Below, one piece after another: positions 36,520-47,119 of a stretch of 64,000 nucleotides of DNA (its first letter is position 1; every line of letters starts with the position of its first letter). Source of the DNA: an uncultured Chloroflexia bacterium (GTDB taxonomy: Bacteria; Chloroflexota; Limnocylindria; Limnocylindrales; CSP1-4); the NCBI GenBank assembly GCA_963740825.1, contig CAVUFD010000002.1, positions 968,944-1,032,943 of the forward strand, in the 5' to 3' direction. The position numbers and the translations under genes were made by a program. The notes beneath the pieces were generated by a model that had not been told where the DNA came from, made no database searches, and was given only the letters and a program-made list of their open reading frames with translations.

Positions 36520-38148
36520 ATGACGACGACCGACCACAGCTTCGACGCCATCGTCGTCGGCGGCGGCCACAACGGCCTCGTCAACGGCGCCTATCTCGCA
36601 AAGGCGGGGCTGCAGACCCTCGTCCTGGAGCGGCGCCCGATCGTCGGCGGCGCCGCGATCACCGAGGAGCTCTACCCGGGCCACTGGTTCACCACGTTCA
36701 GCTACGCGCTGAGCCTGCTGCGGCCGGACATCATCCAGGAGCTCGACCTCGTCAAGCACGGGTTCATGCCGCTCCTGATGTCGTCCACATTCGCGCCGAT
36801 GGAGAACGGCGACTACCTGCTGCTGGGCCAGGACCACGGCGTCAACCAGCGCGAGATCGCGCGCCACAGCCGGCACGACGCCGACGCCTACGACCGCTTC
36901 AACCACGACATGAACAAGGTCCTCCAGGCGCTCAAGCCGCTGCTCGACGCGCCGCCGCCGAACCTGTTCAGCGACGACCCCGAGGAGCTGATGGCGCTCG
37001 CCGGCCTGGGCGCCCGCTTCCGGTCCATGCCCAAGGACGTGCTCCACAACGCCGTCCGGCTGCTGACGGGGTCGGCCGCCGACTTCCTCGACGACTATTT
37101 CGAGTCGGACATCATCAAGGGCTACATGGCCTCGTCGGCGATCATCGGCACCAAGGTGGGGCCGTACTCGCAGGGGTCGGGGCTGGTGCTGCTCTACCAC
37201 CTGCTGGGCGAGCACGACGGCGAGTTCGGCGCCTGGGCGTTCCACAAGGGCGGCAACGGCGGGTTCACGCAGGTGCTGGCGCGCGCGGCGCGGTCGCTGG
37301 GGGCGGAGATCCGGCTCGAGGCGCCGGTGGTCGAGGTCAAGACGTCGGGCGGTCGGACGACCGGCGTCGCGCTCGAGGACGGCACCGAGTTCGAGGCGCC
37401 GATCGTCGTCTCGGCGCTCGACCCGCGGCGGACGTTCCTCGAGCTCGTGGACCCGCGTGAGCTGCCGACCGACCTCGTCGACGCGATCCGGCGTTTCCGG
37501 TTCCAGGGCACCTCGGCCAAGGTCAACTTCGCGCTCGACGGGCTGCCGGTGTACCCGTCGCTCGCCGCTCGCGAGGACCAGTACCGCGGCTTCACCAACA
37601 TCGGGCCGTCGATGGAGTACCTCGAGCGCGCGTTCGACGAGGCGAAGTACGGCCGGTACAGCAGCCGGCCCTACCTCGACTGCGCGATCCAGAGCACGAT
37701 CGACCCGGACATGGCGCCTCCCGGCAAGCACGTGATGTCGTGCTTCGTCCAGTACGCGCCGTACAAGCTGCGCGAGAGCGACTGGGACGCGGAGCGCCAG
37801 AACCTGGGCGACACGGTCCAGCGGACGCTCGAGTCGTTCTTCCCGGGCTTCGGCGACCTCGTGCTGCACCGGGAGGTCCGGACGCCGCTCGACATCGAGC
37901 GGATCGTGGGGCTGTCCGAGGGGAACATCTTCGCGGGCGAGTTCCTCGCGCCGCAGATGTACTTCTTCCGGCCCGCGCCGGGCTGGAGCGACTATCGAAC
38001 GCCGATCGACGGCTATTACCAGTGCGGCTCTGGCACGCACCCCGGCGGCTGCGTGATGGGTGCGCCCGGCAAGCTCGCCGCGATGCGGATCCTCAAGGAC
38101 CGCGAGCGCGCCCCGGAGCGCCCAGCTGCGGTCGCCGTCGCTCGCTGA
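36520..38148 (+). CDS. Phytoene-dehydrogenase-like NAD(P)/FAD oxidoreductase
   Basis: VVGGGHNGLV, LERR...VGGA, TPLDIE, GNIF, THPGG. Confidence 0.9.
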   Translation: MTTTDHSFDAIVVGGGHNGLVNGAYLAKAGLQTLVLERRPIVGGAAITEELYPGHWFTTFSYALSLLRPDIIQELDLVKHGFMPLLMSSTFAPMENGDYLLLGQDHGVNQREIARHSRHDADAYDRFNHDMNKVLQALKPLLDAPPPNLFSDDPEELMALAGLGARFRSMPKDVLHNAVRLLTGSAADFLDDYFESDIIKGYMASSAIIGTKVGPYSQGSGLVLLYHLLGEHDGEFGAWAFHKGGNGGFTQVLARAARSLGAEIRLEAPVVEVKTSGGRTTGVALEDGTEFEAPIVVSALDPRRTFLELVDPRELPTDLVDAIRRFRFQGTSAKVNFALDGLPVYPSLAAREDQYRGFTNIGPSMEYLERAFDEAKYGRYSSRPYLDCAIQSTIDPDMAPPGKHVMSCFVQYAPYKLRESDWDAERQNLGDTVQRTLESFFPGFGDLVLHREVRTPLDIERIVGLSEGNIFAGEFLAPQMYFFRPAPGWSDYRTPIDGYYQCGSGTHPGGCVMGAPGKLAAMRILKDRERAPERPAAVAVAR

Positions 38149-38809
38149 GAGAGCCCTCTCCCCCGGCGGCTCGCATGCGCACCGGGCGGGGCCGGGACAA
38201 TCCTGATCTCCGAGCCCCCAAGAGCTCGAGCCGCCCGTCTCGGCAACTCCGCTGGTCCCCCATCGACGACCCACCATCGTCATGACGCAACATGCCCTGG
38301 TACGGAACCCCGCGCCACGATGGTTGGTCGTGCAAACCGGCCAACGGCCATGGATGGACGCCCGGTACGACCATGTTTCGTGCTCGGCATGAGCACCGCA
38401 CCGATCACGATCCGGGATCGTGCACGGGAGACGCGAGGGATGGGCCGCGGTCGGGCGTGCGTGACGCGCCGATGCCGGCCGCCGATCCGAGGGCCATTTC
38501 GGTTTGGACGAGTGGTGGTCGTAGACGGCGAGCCGTGTCGCAACCTTGGTCGACGCCCAGCCGCGGCGGCGCCCCGAGCGCGGCCCTGGCACGGGAATGT
38601 GCCATCTGAGGCAGGTCGGAGCGTGGCCCTTGCGTCGAGTCGAGGTTCTGGCGCCGTGGCCCGCACGACATCAACCGATTTGGCACATATCCGGGTCAGG
38701 GCGCGTGGTGCATGTCCCGGCCTGTCAATTCTGGCCGAGCCCGGTCGTCGTGCTCCTGACAGGCGGTGCGACGGACGAGCCGCCGCAAGCGGCCAGGAGG
38801 ACCAGGAAG

Positions 38810-39142
38810 ATGGGCAACCACGTCATCCACGTCGAGGTCACGGGCAAGGACAGCGCCAAGCTGCAGACGTTCTACAAGGACGTCTTCGGCTGGACCTTCG
38901 ACACCACCAACCCGAACTACGGCATGGCCCGCTGGGACGACCTCTCGGCCGGCGTCGGCGCCGCCCAGGATGGCGGCCCGGGCCTCGTCACGTTCTACGT
39001 GCACTCGGACGACCCGAAAGGCGTGCTCGCCAAGGCCGAGGCGTCGGGCGGGCGGGTGATCATGCCGCTCACCGAGGTGGCGCCCGAGACCACGATCGCG
39101 CTGTTTGCGGATCCGGAGGGCCACGTCGTCGGCCTCATGTAG
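38810..39142 (+). CDS. VOC/glyoxalase family protein
   Basis: VIHVEV, FYKDVFGW, FADPEGHVVGL. Confidence 0.9.
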   Translation: MGNHVIHVEVTGKDSAKLQTFYKDVFGWTFDTTNPNYGMARWDDLSAGVGAAQDGGPGLVTFYVHSDDPKGVLAKAEASGGRVIMPLTEVAPETTIALFADPEGHVVGLM

Positions 39143-39193
39143 TCGTTCACCGCCAGCACGCGGCGCCGGCCGGCCAAGCCGTCCGGCGCCTCG

Positions 39194-39850
39194 TCATGCT
39201 TTCCGCGCGGACCGGCGAGGCCGCGGCGTCGAGAGGTAGTGGTGCCACAGGATCCGGGCCGCGACCGCCCGCCAGGGTCGCCATTCTTCGGCGAGCCCGA
39301 GCATCGCGGTCGCGTCGGGGCGGGCGTCGAGGCCGCGCAGCTCCGCAACCGCCTGGGCGAGCGCGATGTCGTGGACCGGCCAGGCGTCCGGGCGGAGCAG
39401 CACCATCAGCCGATAGATCGTCGAGGTCCACGGTCCGATCCCCGGTAGCGCGCTCAGCGCGGCGTCTACCGCGTCGTCGTCCAGGCGCGAGAGCCCGTCG
39501 ATGTCCAGGGAGCCCTCCTCGACGGCCGATGCCAGCGCACGGGCATGGCGCGCCTTCTGGCGGCTGAACCCGACGGCCAGCAGCTGGGCGTCGTCGAGCC
39601 GGAGCAGCGTCCGCGGCGTCAGCGGATCCGCCGCGACGCGCAGCCGGTCGAAGGCGGCCTGGGCCGACGCGAGCGACACCTGCTGCTCGAGGATCAGGTG
39701 CACGAGCGTCGGGAAGCCGGGCTCGCGGGCCCACAGCGGCGGCGGGCCGAAGCGCGCGACGACCGCCCCGAGCGCCGGGTCGGCGGCCGCGAGCTCCTCG
39801 ACGGCCGCGAGCAGCCGCGACGCCGTGAGCGGTTGCGGGACGGTGATCAC
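39194..39850 (-). CDS. DNA-3-methyladenine glycosylase II (AlkA/HhH-GPD)
   Basis: ILEQQVSLASA, LPGIGPWT, WPVHD, WRPWR. Confidence 0.9.
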   Translation of the reverse strand: MITVPQPLTASRLLAAVEELAAADPALGAVVARFGPPPLWAREPGFPTLVHLILEQQVSLASAQAAFDRLRVAADPLTPRTLLRLDDAQLLAVGFSRQKARHARALASAVEEGSLDIDGLSRLDDDAVDAALSALPGIGPWTSTIYRLMVLLRPDAWPVHDIALAQAVAELRGLDARPDATAMLGLAEEWRPWRAVAARILWHHYLSTPRPRRSARKA

Positions 39851-39892
39851 GCCTCCCTCAACACGGCACGGGCCATCGGCGTTGCATCGGCC

Positions 39893-40689
39893 TCAACCGC
39901 CGGCCCGGGCGAGCCCCGCGACGCGGTCGCGCAGGTCCGGGTGGATCGGCGGCAGCGCGCCGACGGCGGCGTTCGCGGCGGCGTGGGCGGCCGACGTGGT
40001 CGCGGGGATGGCGACCGTCACGCGCGGATCTGCGAGGCACCAGCGGAGCAGCGCCTCCGGCCAGCCGGACAGGCCGGCCGCGGCGAGCTCCGGCGGGAAT
40101 GGGCGGCGGAGCAGCTGCCCCTCGCCCAGCGGGCGCATCGCGATCACGCCCAGCCCGAGGTCCGCGGCGAGCGGCAGGATCCGGCCCGCGCTCTGGTCCT
40201 CGACCGGGTTGAACGGCACCTGGACGGCGTGGATCCGGCCGGAGCGCATGACGGTCTCGAGCTCCCCGAACGCGGACGGCTGGTACGTCGTCGCCCCGAG
40301 CCAGCCGATCGCCCCGGCCTCACGCTCGCGCTCCATCCAGGCGAGGTGCGAGCGCCACGCGACGAGGTTGTGGACCTGCAGCAGGTCGACCTTGCCGAAC
40401 CACCGGAGCTGGTCGGCGAACTGCCGGCGGCCGTCGGCGACGTCGGGGGTCCAGACCTTCTCGCCACGATCGCCTCGCCGCGCCCCGCCTCGAGCGCGGT
40501 CCCGAGACGCGCCTCCGACCGCCCGTACATCGGCGAGCTGTCGACGAGGCGGGTCCCTCCATCGAACGCGGCCGAAAGGACCTCGTTGACGTCGGCCTGC
40601 CGTTCGGCGGGCACGTCGAACGTCCGCCACGAGCCCAGGCCCACGACCGGGACCTCGAGCCCGGTCGCGAAGAGTGTCCGGGTCTCCAC
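39893..40689 (-). pseudogene. Aldo/keto reductase with a 1-nt deletion near 40460 (or sequencing error)
   Basis: Frame 1 GLGSW...DSSPMYG...EAIVA; frame 2 KVW...DLLQVHN...IAMRPL; adding one base restores IVATKVW. Confidence 0.85.
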
Positions 40690-40769
40690 GATCCCACCTT
40701 ACCGGCGACGCCCGGCCGCGGGGCCAGCCTGACCGAACGATGGGCCGATTGTTGAGTCGGGTACATAGG

Positions 40770-41237
40770 ATGGTCACCATGCTCCGCGCGTCGGTTCGCA
40801 TCCAGCGCGTCGTGGCGGCCCTCGCGGTCGCGATCCTCGCGTGCCTCGTCCTCGGCGGCTGCGGTCGCATCCTCGGCCCTCGCGAGTGGACGATGCAGGC
40901 GGCCCGCACGGACGGCAGCTCGTACGCGATCCGTGTCCGCGACGCGAGCGGGCGGATCGACAACGCCGAGATCGACCCGGTCGAGCCGGTTCCGGAGCTG
41001 GACGCACCGATGAACCCGCCCGGCGAGCCGAACGTCGTGCTCGTCCCGTGGACCGGCGGCGAGTGCGACGCGCAGACGGAGATCCTGATCGAGGGCAACG
41101 GCTCCGGGATCGTGATCTTGGTCTCGGCCACCAGCGATGCCAGCACCTGCACCGACGTCGGCGTCCCGCACATGCTGCGACTCCACGGCTCGGGCCCGCT
41201 CCCGGCGGGCGCCGTCCAGGTCAGGCAGGGACCGTAG
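40770..41237 (+). CDS. Hypothetical lipoprotein
   Basis: LVLGGC lipobox; W-x-GG-x-C...C pair. Confidence 0.65.
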   Translation: MVTMLRASVRIQRVVAALAVAILACLVLGGCGRILGPREWTMQAARTDGSSYAIRVRDASGRIDNAEIDPVEPVPELDAPMNPPGEPNVVLVPWTGGECDAQTEILIEGNGSGIVILVSATSDASTCTDVGVPHMLRLHGSGPLPAGAVQVRQGP

Positions 41238-41268
41238 GCCCAGCCCGATACGGTGCGGGCCGCCGGAT

Positions 41269-44022
41269 TCAGTCCGGGGTCCGCGCCTCGAGGATCGCGG
41301 CCCGGACGAGCGACGGGGTCGCGGGGACGCGGTCGATCCGGGCGCCCGTCGCGTGCCGGATCGCCGCCAGGATCGCGGGTGCCGTCGGGACCAGCGCGGG
41401 CTCGCCGACGCCCTTGGCGCCGAACGGGCCAGCCGGCTCTGCGTCCTCGACCAGGAGGCACTCGATCTCCGGCGCGTCCCCGATCGTGGGGATCAGGTAG
41501 TCGTGCAGGTTCTCCGTGCGACCAGGCACGTACGCCTCCATCAGCGCCATGCCCAGCCCCTGGACGATGCCGCCCTGGATCTGGCCCTCGACCAGCGTCG
41601 GGTTGATCGCCCGGCCGACGTCGTGGGCCGCGACGATGCGGCGCACCTTGACCGTCCCCAGGTCGAGGTCGACGTCCACCTCCGCGACCTGCGCGCCGAA
41701 GGCGTACGTCTCGTACGGGACGCCCTGGCCGTCGGCATCGAGCGGCGTGGTCTTCGGGTCGTACGAGCCGCGTCCCAGCACCACGCAGTCGCGACCCGCG
41801 GCCGGCAGCTCGCGCAGCTCCACGATCGAGACCGTCTCGCCGTCCCGCACGGCCACGCGCCCGCCATCGATCTCGAGCGTCGCGTGCTCCCCCGCCTCCG
41901 CGAGGGTCAGCAGCTTGCGGCGCAGGTCCGTGGCGGCGATGCGGGTCGCGTTCCCCGACACGAACGTCTGGCGCGAGGCCGAGGTCTTGCCGGCGTCGAG
42001 CGTGAGGTCCGTGTCGGGCCCGAGGCGGTCGACGTCGCCCACCGGCACGCCGAGGGCGTCGGCGGCGATCTGGGCGAGGATCGTGTTCGAGCCCTGGCCG
42101 ATGTCGGTGGCCCCGGAGAACAGGATCACGCTGCCGTCGGCCCGGATGCCGACCTCGATCTCCGACGGGTTCGGCAGCGACGTGTTGCCGATGCCGTACC
42201 ACATGGCCGCGACGCCGACGCCCCGGCGGACACGGCCGGTCGCGGCGTCGTTGACGGCCGTCGCCTCCGCCCGCAGCGCCAGCCACCGGGGCCGCAGGGC
42301 ATCGAGGCAGGCGGGCAGGCCGGCGCTCGCGGTGAGCTCCTGGGACGTCGCCGTCCGCGAGCCGGCGTGGAGCGCGTTGCGGGCGCGCAGCTCGAGCGGG
42401 TCGATGTCGAGCTGTTCGGCCAGATCGTCCAGCAGCGCCTCGTGCGCGATCGCCGCCTGCGGGACGCCGAAGCCGCGGAAGGCGCCAGCCGGGGGCCCGT
42501 TGGTGTAGACGGCCCGGCTGGTGCTGAGGACCGAGCGAACCTCGTACGGGCCCATCGCATGCACCGGGACGCGGCTGGCGACCGTCGGTCCCCACGAGGC
42601 GTAGGCGCCGGTGTCGAAGTCGGCGTGCACGCGGACGCCGGTGAGCCGCCCCTCCGCGTCGGCGCCGAACGTGGCCACGATCCGGGCCGGGTGACGCTTG
42701 GTCGTGGACGCCATCGACTCCGGCCGCGGGTAGGCGGCGCGCACCGGATGGTCGAGCAGGAGCGCGGCGATCGCGATCAGCGGCTGCAGCGACAGGTCGA
42801 GCTTGCCGCCGAACCCGCCGCCGCAGGCGCTCGGGATGACCCGCACCCGGTCCTCGGGCAGCCCGAGGACCAGCGCCAGCTCGTCGCGATCCATGTACGG
42901 CGTCTGGGTGGTCGCGAAGACCTCGACGCGCCCGTCCACCAGGCGGGCGGTGCCGGCCTCGGGCTCGATGTATGCGTGCTCGACGTAGGTCGTCTCGAAG
43001 GTCCCGCTCGCCGTCGCGGCCGCAGCCGCCAACTCCGCGTCCACGTCGCCCAGTCGGACGAGGCCCTCGATGAGCACGTTGCCGGGCGACGCCTCGTGGA
43101 GGCGGGGCGCCGCCGGGTCCAGCGCGGCATCGATGCCGATCAGCGGCGGCCGTGGCTCCCACACGATCGGCAGCTCGTCGTCGGCGATCGAGGCCACGGT
43201 CGCCGCGTCGCCCACGAGCGCAAGCACGGCCTCGCCCCGGTACCGGACGTAGCCCTCGGCGAGCACCGGCTGATCCTTGCCGGTCGCGTAGATCCCGTAC
43301 CGGTTCTGGCCGGGCACGTCGTCGGCGGACAGGATGCGGACGAGCCCCGGGTGCGCGGCCAGCACCGGCGCCAGGTCGCCGACCCGGAATCGGGCGTGGG
43401 CGTGGGGCGACCGGACCACGCGCAGGTGCCAGGCGCCGTCGGCCGGGAGGTCGTCGCCGAACCGCTCCGCACCCGTGACCTTGGCGAGCCCGTCGGTGCG
43501 GGCGATGCGCGCGCCGACCGCGGCACCGACGGCCGGGACGGGCACCTCCGCGACGGCGCCCGAGGCGGTGGCGCGAACCGCGTCGATGATCGAGGTGTAG
43601 CCGGTGCACCGGCAGAGCACGCCGCCGAGCCCGTCGAGGATCTCCGTCGGCGTCGGGCTCGGCGTGCGCGCGATCAGCTCGTCGGCCGCCATCAGCATCC
43701 CCGGCGTACACGCGCCGCACTGGGCGCCGCCGCAGGCGAGGAACGCGCGCTGGAGCGCCGACGGGCCGGCGGCGGCAGCGAGGCCCTCGACCGTCTCGAT
43801 GCGCCGGCCGTCCACCTGGCCCGCCGCGACCAGACAGGCGCAGACCTGCTCCCCGTCGAGCCGGACGGTGCACGCCCCGCAGTCGCCGGCGTTGCAGCCG
43901 ACCTTGGTACCGGTCAGGCCGAGGTCCTCGCGCAGCACGTCCACAAGGCGGCGCCGTCCGTCGGTCCGGATCTCCACGGCCCGCCCGTTGACCTTGAACC
44001 GGAGCACCGTGTCGGTGATCAC
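41269..44022 (-). CDS. Xanthine-dehydrogenase-family Mo subunit fused to an N-terminal 2x[2Fe-2S] domain (nicotinate-dehydrogenase-like)
   Basis: GCNAGDCGACTV, CGACTPG, CRCTGY, GGGFGGK, AFRGFG, KGVGEP. Confidence 0.92.
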   Translation of the reverse strand: MITDTVLRFKVNGRAVEIRTDGRRRLVDVLREDLGLTGTKVGCNAGDCGACTVRLDGEQVCACLVAAGQVDGRRIETVEGLAAAAGPSALQRAFLACGGAQCGACTPGMLMAADELIARTPSPTPTEILDGLGGVLCRCTGYTSIIDAVRATASGAVAEVPVPAVGAAVGARIARTDGLAKVTGAERFGDDLPADGAWHLRVVRSPHAHARFRVGDLAPVLAAHPGLVRILSADDVPGQNRYGIYATGKDQPVLAEGYVRYRGEAVLALVGDAATVASIADDELPIVWEPRPPLIGIDAALDPAAPRLHEASPGNVLIEGLVRLGDVDAELAAAAATASGTFETTYVEHAYIEPEAGTARLVDGRVEVFATTQTPYMDRDELALVLGLPEDRVRVIPSACGGGFGGKLDLSLQPLIAIAALLLDHPVRAAYPRPESMASTTKRHPARIVATFGADAEGRLTGVRVHADFDTGAYASWGPTVASRVPVHAMGPYEVRSVLSTSRAVYTNGPPAGAFRGFGVPQAAIAHEALLDDLAEQLDIDPLELRARNALHAGSRTATSQELTASAGLPACLDALRPRWLALRAEATAVNDAATGRVRRGVGVAAMWYGIGNTSLPNPSEIEVGIRADGSVILFSGATDIGQGSNTILAQIAADALGVPVGDVDRLGPDTDLTLDAGKTSASRQTFVSGNATRIAATDLRRKLLTLAEAGEHATLEIDGGRVAVRDGETVSIVELRELPAAGRDCVVLGRGSYDPKTTPLDADGQGVPYETYAFGAQVAEVDVDLDLGTVKVRRIVAAHDVGRAINPTLVEGQIQGGIVQGLGMALMEAYVPGRTENLHDYLIPTIGDAPEIECLLVEDAEPAGPFGAKGVGEPALVPTAPAILAAIRHATGARIDRVPATPSLVRAAILEARTPD

Positions 44023-44912
44023 CCCGCCACCTCGGCGATCGCGCGCCGGACCAGCGTGAGGGCCGCGTCCCAGCGGTAGTCGTTGGTGCCCCGGACGTCG
44101 TCGATCGGCGCCAGCGGGGACAGGTGCTCCATCGCCGGGATCGTCGCGAGGGCCAGACCCGCCCGCCGCCCGCGAAGCTCGCGCTCGAGGCCGCGCAGCC
44201 GCCGTGCCACCGGCGAGCAGGCACCGACCGCGACCCGGACATCGACGACGACGCCGTTGGCCACGACGAGCACGGCCGACACCGCGACGATCGAGATCAC
44301 CAGGTACGCGCGCGAGCCCAGCTTGAGGAACGTGGACCGGGCGACGCTCGCCGACCCGACATCGGCCGCCGCGGGGCCAGCGGCCGTGATCTTCGGCACC
44401 CGCAGGCCCGTCACGAGCTCGCCGGCCCGCAGGTCCGTGCGCCGGTTGCCGAGCACGAAGTCCGCGACCGGCACCACGCGCACGCCGTCGGCGGACGCGA
44501 CCTCGACCGACGCGTCCAGCGCGAGCAGGCTGGGCAGGCCGTCCGCCGCCGGCGAGGCGTTGACCACGTTGCCGCACACGGTCCCGGCGTTCTGGATCTG
44601 GCGTCCCCCGATCGTCCGGGCCGCCGCCCGCAGCCCGTCGAGCTCGGGCGGCAGCGCCGCCTCGGCCAGGTCCGTCCAGGTCGTCAATGCCGGGATCAGC
44701 CAGGCGTCCCCGCCGTCGGCCACGCCCCGGAGGCCGGGGAGCGCCGTGATGTCCAGCACGGGCCGGTCGATCGGCCGCGTGGCGTAGGCCGGGTAGACGT
44801 CGGTCCCGCCCGCGACGATCAGCCGCGGCTCCGAGGCCAGGATCGCGAGCGCCTCCTCGAGGCGGTCCGGACGCAGGTAGGGCGGGAGCGGGCTGGTGAC
44901 GCCGGCCGCCAC
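44019..44912 (-). CDS. Mo-hydroxylase FAD-binding subunit (CoxM/XdhB-like)
   Basis: AGGTD, QIQNAGTVCGN, SPAAD, PIDDVRG. Confidence 0.9.
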   Translation of the reverse strand: MAAGVTSPLPPYLRPDRLEEALAILASEPRLIVAGGTDVYPAYATRPIDRPVLDITALPGLRGVADGGDAWLIPALTTWTDLAEAALPPELDGLRAAARTIGGRQIQNAGTVCGNVVNASPAADGLPSLLALDASVEVASADGVRVVPVADFVLGNRRTDLRAGELVTGLRVPKITAAGPAAADVGSASVARSTFLKLGSRAYLVISIVAVSAVLVVANGVVVDVRVAVGACSPVARRLRGLERELRGRRAGLALATIPAMEHLSPLAPIDDVRGTNDYRWDAALTLVRRAIAEVAG

Positions 44913-44914
44913 GA

Positions 44915-45910
44915 TCAGGCCGCCACCCTCGGCAGGACGTCGCTCGCCAGTCGCTCGAGGTTCGCCGGGTCCCAGTTGAGGGGGTTGAGCACGAGGTGGT
45001 CGACGCCGCCCAGCGCCTCGACCTTGGCGCGGATCCGGTCGGCGACCTCCTCGGCCTCGCCCAGCAGGTAGTAGCGCTGCCAGTAGTCGAGGTCCATGCC
45101 CGAGTAGACCCGGAACAGCGGCGTCGCGTCCTCGGGGCGCTCGCCCGGCCGCAGGACGTGCACGAAGTTGGAGTACACGCGCGACATCTGCTCCGGCCTT
45201 CGCCCGTATTCGAGCATGTAGCGGCGGAGGTCGTCCCAGTCGCGGTCGACCATGTCCGCGGTCGCCGAGGAGTGGGGAACCCACGTCTTCGCGTACTTCG
45301 CGATCCGGCGCAGGACCGGCTCCACCGTCGGCACCTGCTGGCCGTAGATCTTCTCGGACGGTTGCGTGCCGCCGCCGATCCAGATCGGCGGATGCGGCCG
45401 CTGGGCGGGCTTGGGGTCGAGCGACAGGTCGTGCACGCGGTAGAAGCGGCCCTCGTATGTCACCTGGTCCTGGGTCCAGAGCGCGGTGATGAGCTCGAGC
45501 AGCTCGTTCATCCGCGCGCCGCGCTCCCGATGGGGGATGCCGACCGCCTCGAACTCGGCCTCCATCCAGCCCACGCCGACGCCCAGGATCGAGCGTCCGC
45601 CGGACAGCTGGTCGAGCGTCGCCCACTGCTTGGCAAACTGGACGGGCTCGCGGAAGGGGAGGACCAGGACGAGCGTGCCGAGCTGGATCGTGCGCGTGAC
45701 GCCCGACAGGGCCGCCAGCAGCGTGATCGGCTCGAGCCACGTCGTCCGGTAGGCGGGCGGGGCGACGAGCAGGTGGTCGATCAGCATCGCGGTCTCGAAG
45801 CCGAGGTCCTCGGCGCGCCGCAGGTAGGCACCCATCTCGGCGAGGGACGCGGTCTGGTCGCCCAGGGCGAACGATGGCAGCCGGAGCCCGTAGTGCATCT
45901 GCCCCGCCAT
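44915..45910 (-). CDS. LLM-class flavin/F420-dependent oxidoreductase
   Basis: IDHL, EPITLLAAL, TLDQLSGGR.ILGVGVGW, PIWIGG. Confidence 0.9.
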   Translation of the reverse strand: MAGQMHYGLRLPSFALGDQTASLAEMGAYLRRAEDLGFETAMLIDHLLVAPPAYRTTWLEPITLLAALSGVTRTIQLGTLVLVLPFREPVQFAKQWATLDQLSGGRSILGVGVGWMEAEFEAVGIPHRERGARMNELLELITALWTQDQVTYEGRFYRVHDLSLDPKPAQRPHPPIWIGGGTQPSEKIYGQQVPTVEPVLRRIAKYAKTWVPHSSATADMVDRDWDDLRRYMLEYGRRPEQMSRVYSNFVHVLRPGERPEDATPLFRVYSGMDLDYWQRYYLLGEAEEVADRIRAKVEALGGVDHLVLNPLNWDPANLERLASDVLPRVAA

Positions 45911-45924
45911 CGGCTCGCCCGCGC

Positions 45925-47100
45925 CTAGTGCCCGGCCGCCGCGATCCCCGGGCCCTTGACGACCTCGGGGGCGCGCCCGGCAGGCGGCGTGTTGCGGCTG
46001 CGGCCGACGGCCAGCTTGCCGTCGATCAGGATCATCCCGACCCCGGGCAGGTCGCCGATGGCCAGCGCGCCGAGCGCGGAGTCGGCCGCGGAGCCCTGTG
46101 GAGCGTCCACCAGTGCGATGTCGGCCTCGCGACCGACCGCGATCGTGCCGGTGTCGAGCCGATGGACGCGCGCCGTGTTGCCGGTGGCCAGGCACACGGC
46201 CAGCTCGGGGGCGATCCCGCCCAGGGATGCGAGGTGCCCCATCGTGCGCAGGATCCCGAGCGGGACCACGCCGGTGCCCGACGGGGCGTCGTTGCCGAGG
46301 ATCACCCGAGCCAGGGCGCCGGCCTCGCGTGCAAGGCCGATCGCGTGGAGCGCCGCCCGCCCGTTGCCGCAGTGGACGATCTCGATCGCCATCCCGCTCG
46401 CGACCAGCTGCTCGATGTCGGCATCGGGGAGGGCGGTCGTGCCGCCGTTGATGTGGCCGACGATGTCGGGGCGGGCCTCGAGCACGACGTCCGCGCGGAT
46501 GGCGCTCGACCCGGCGATGGACGGGCCGCCCGTGTGGAACGTGGACACCATGCCGTGCTGCCGTGCCCAGCCGAGCATGGGCGCGGCCTGGGCGCCCGTC
46601 TTCACCGAGCCGAGGCCCACCTCGCCGATCAGGTTGACGCCGGCCGCGGCGAGCTCGGCAAAGTCCGCCTCCTCGAGGCCGAGCTCGAGGATCGGCGCGC
46701 CCGCGTGGACCTTGACGCCGGCCGGCCGGACGTTGGCGAACGCCCGAACCGCGACGATCGCCAGCGCCTTGAGCCCGACGAGGTCTTTCGGCCGCCCCGG
46801 GAGGTGGACCTCGCCCGCCGAGATCATCGAGGTCACGCCGCCGTGGAGCTCGGACTCGATGAAGTCGGTGGTGCGCTGGCGCGGCGTCCAGTCGCCGAAG
46901 ACCGGGTGCACGTGGGAGTCGATGAGGCCCGGGAACGCCGTCACGCCCTTGCCGTCGATCACGACGTCGGCGTCCTCGTCGAGGGCACGGCCGACGGCCG
47001 TGATCCGACCGTCCTCGATCAGGATCGAGTCGGCGTCCAGCAGCGGCGCCTCGATGTCGCCCGAGACGACCTCGCCCAGGCCCGCGATCAGCGTACGCAT
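45925..47100 (-). CDS. ena: Enamidase-like amidohydrolase
   Basis: VSGDI, PGLIDSHVH, PRQ, HGGVT, PGRPKD, HTGG, HINGG, GNDAPSGTG, SRNTPP, as recalled for Eubacterium barkeri enamidase. Confidence 0.85.
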   Translation of the reverse strand: MRTLIAGLGEVVSGDIEAPLLDADSILIEDGRITAVGRALDEDADVVIDGKGVTAFPGLIDSHVHPVFGDWTPRQRTTDFIESELHGGVTSMISAGEVHLPGRPKDLVGLKALAIVAVRAFANVRPAGVKVHAGAPILELGLEEADFAELAAAGVNLIGEVGLGSVKTGAQAAPMLGWARQHGMVSTFHTGGPSIAGSSAIRADVVLEARPDIVGHINGGTTALPDADIEQLVASGMAIEIVHCGNGRAALHAIGLAREAGALARVILGNDAPSGTGVVPLGILRTMGHLASLGGIAPELAVCLATGNTARVHRLDTGTIAVGREADIALVDAPQGSAADSALGALAIGDLPGVGMILIDGKLAVGRSRNTPPAGRAPEVVKGPGIAAAGH

Positions 47101-47119
47101 CGGGCTCGCACGGGCGGCG

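Noticed and set aside
38755-38772. Third WYL site before the VOC gene (CCTGACA-N5-TGCGAC)
   Set aside because: Second half-site diverges and there is no TANNNT at N7 or N10
39893-44242. 1449-aa minus-strand ORF
   Set aside because: Shadow frame of the Mo-hydroxylase gene joined to the C-terminal half of the frameshifted AKR
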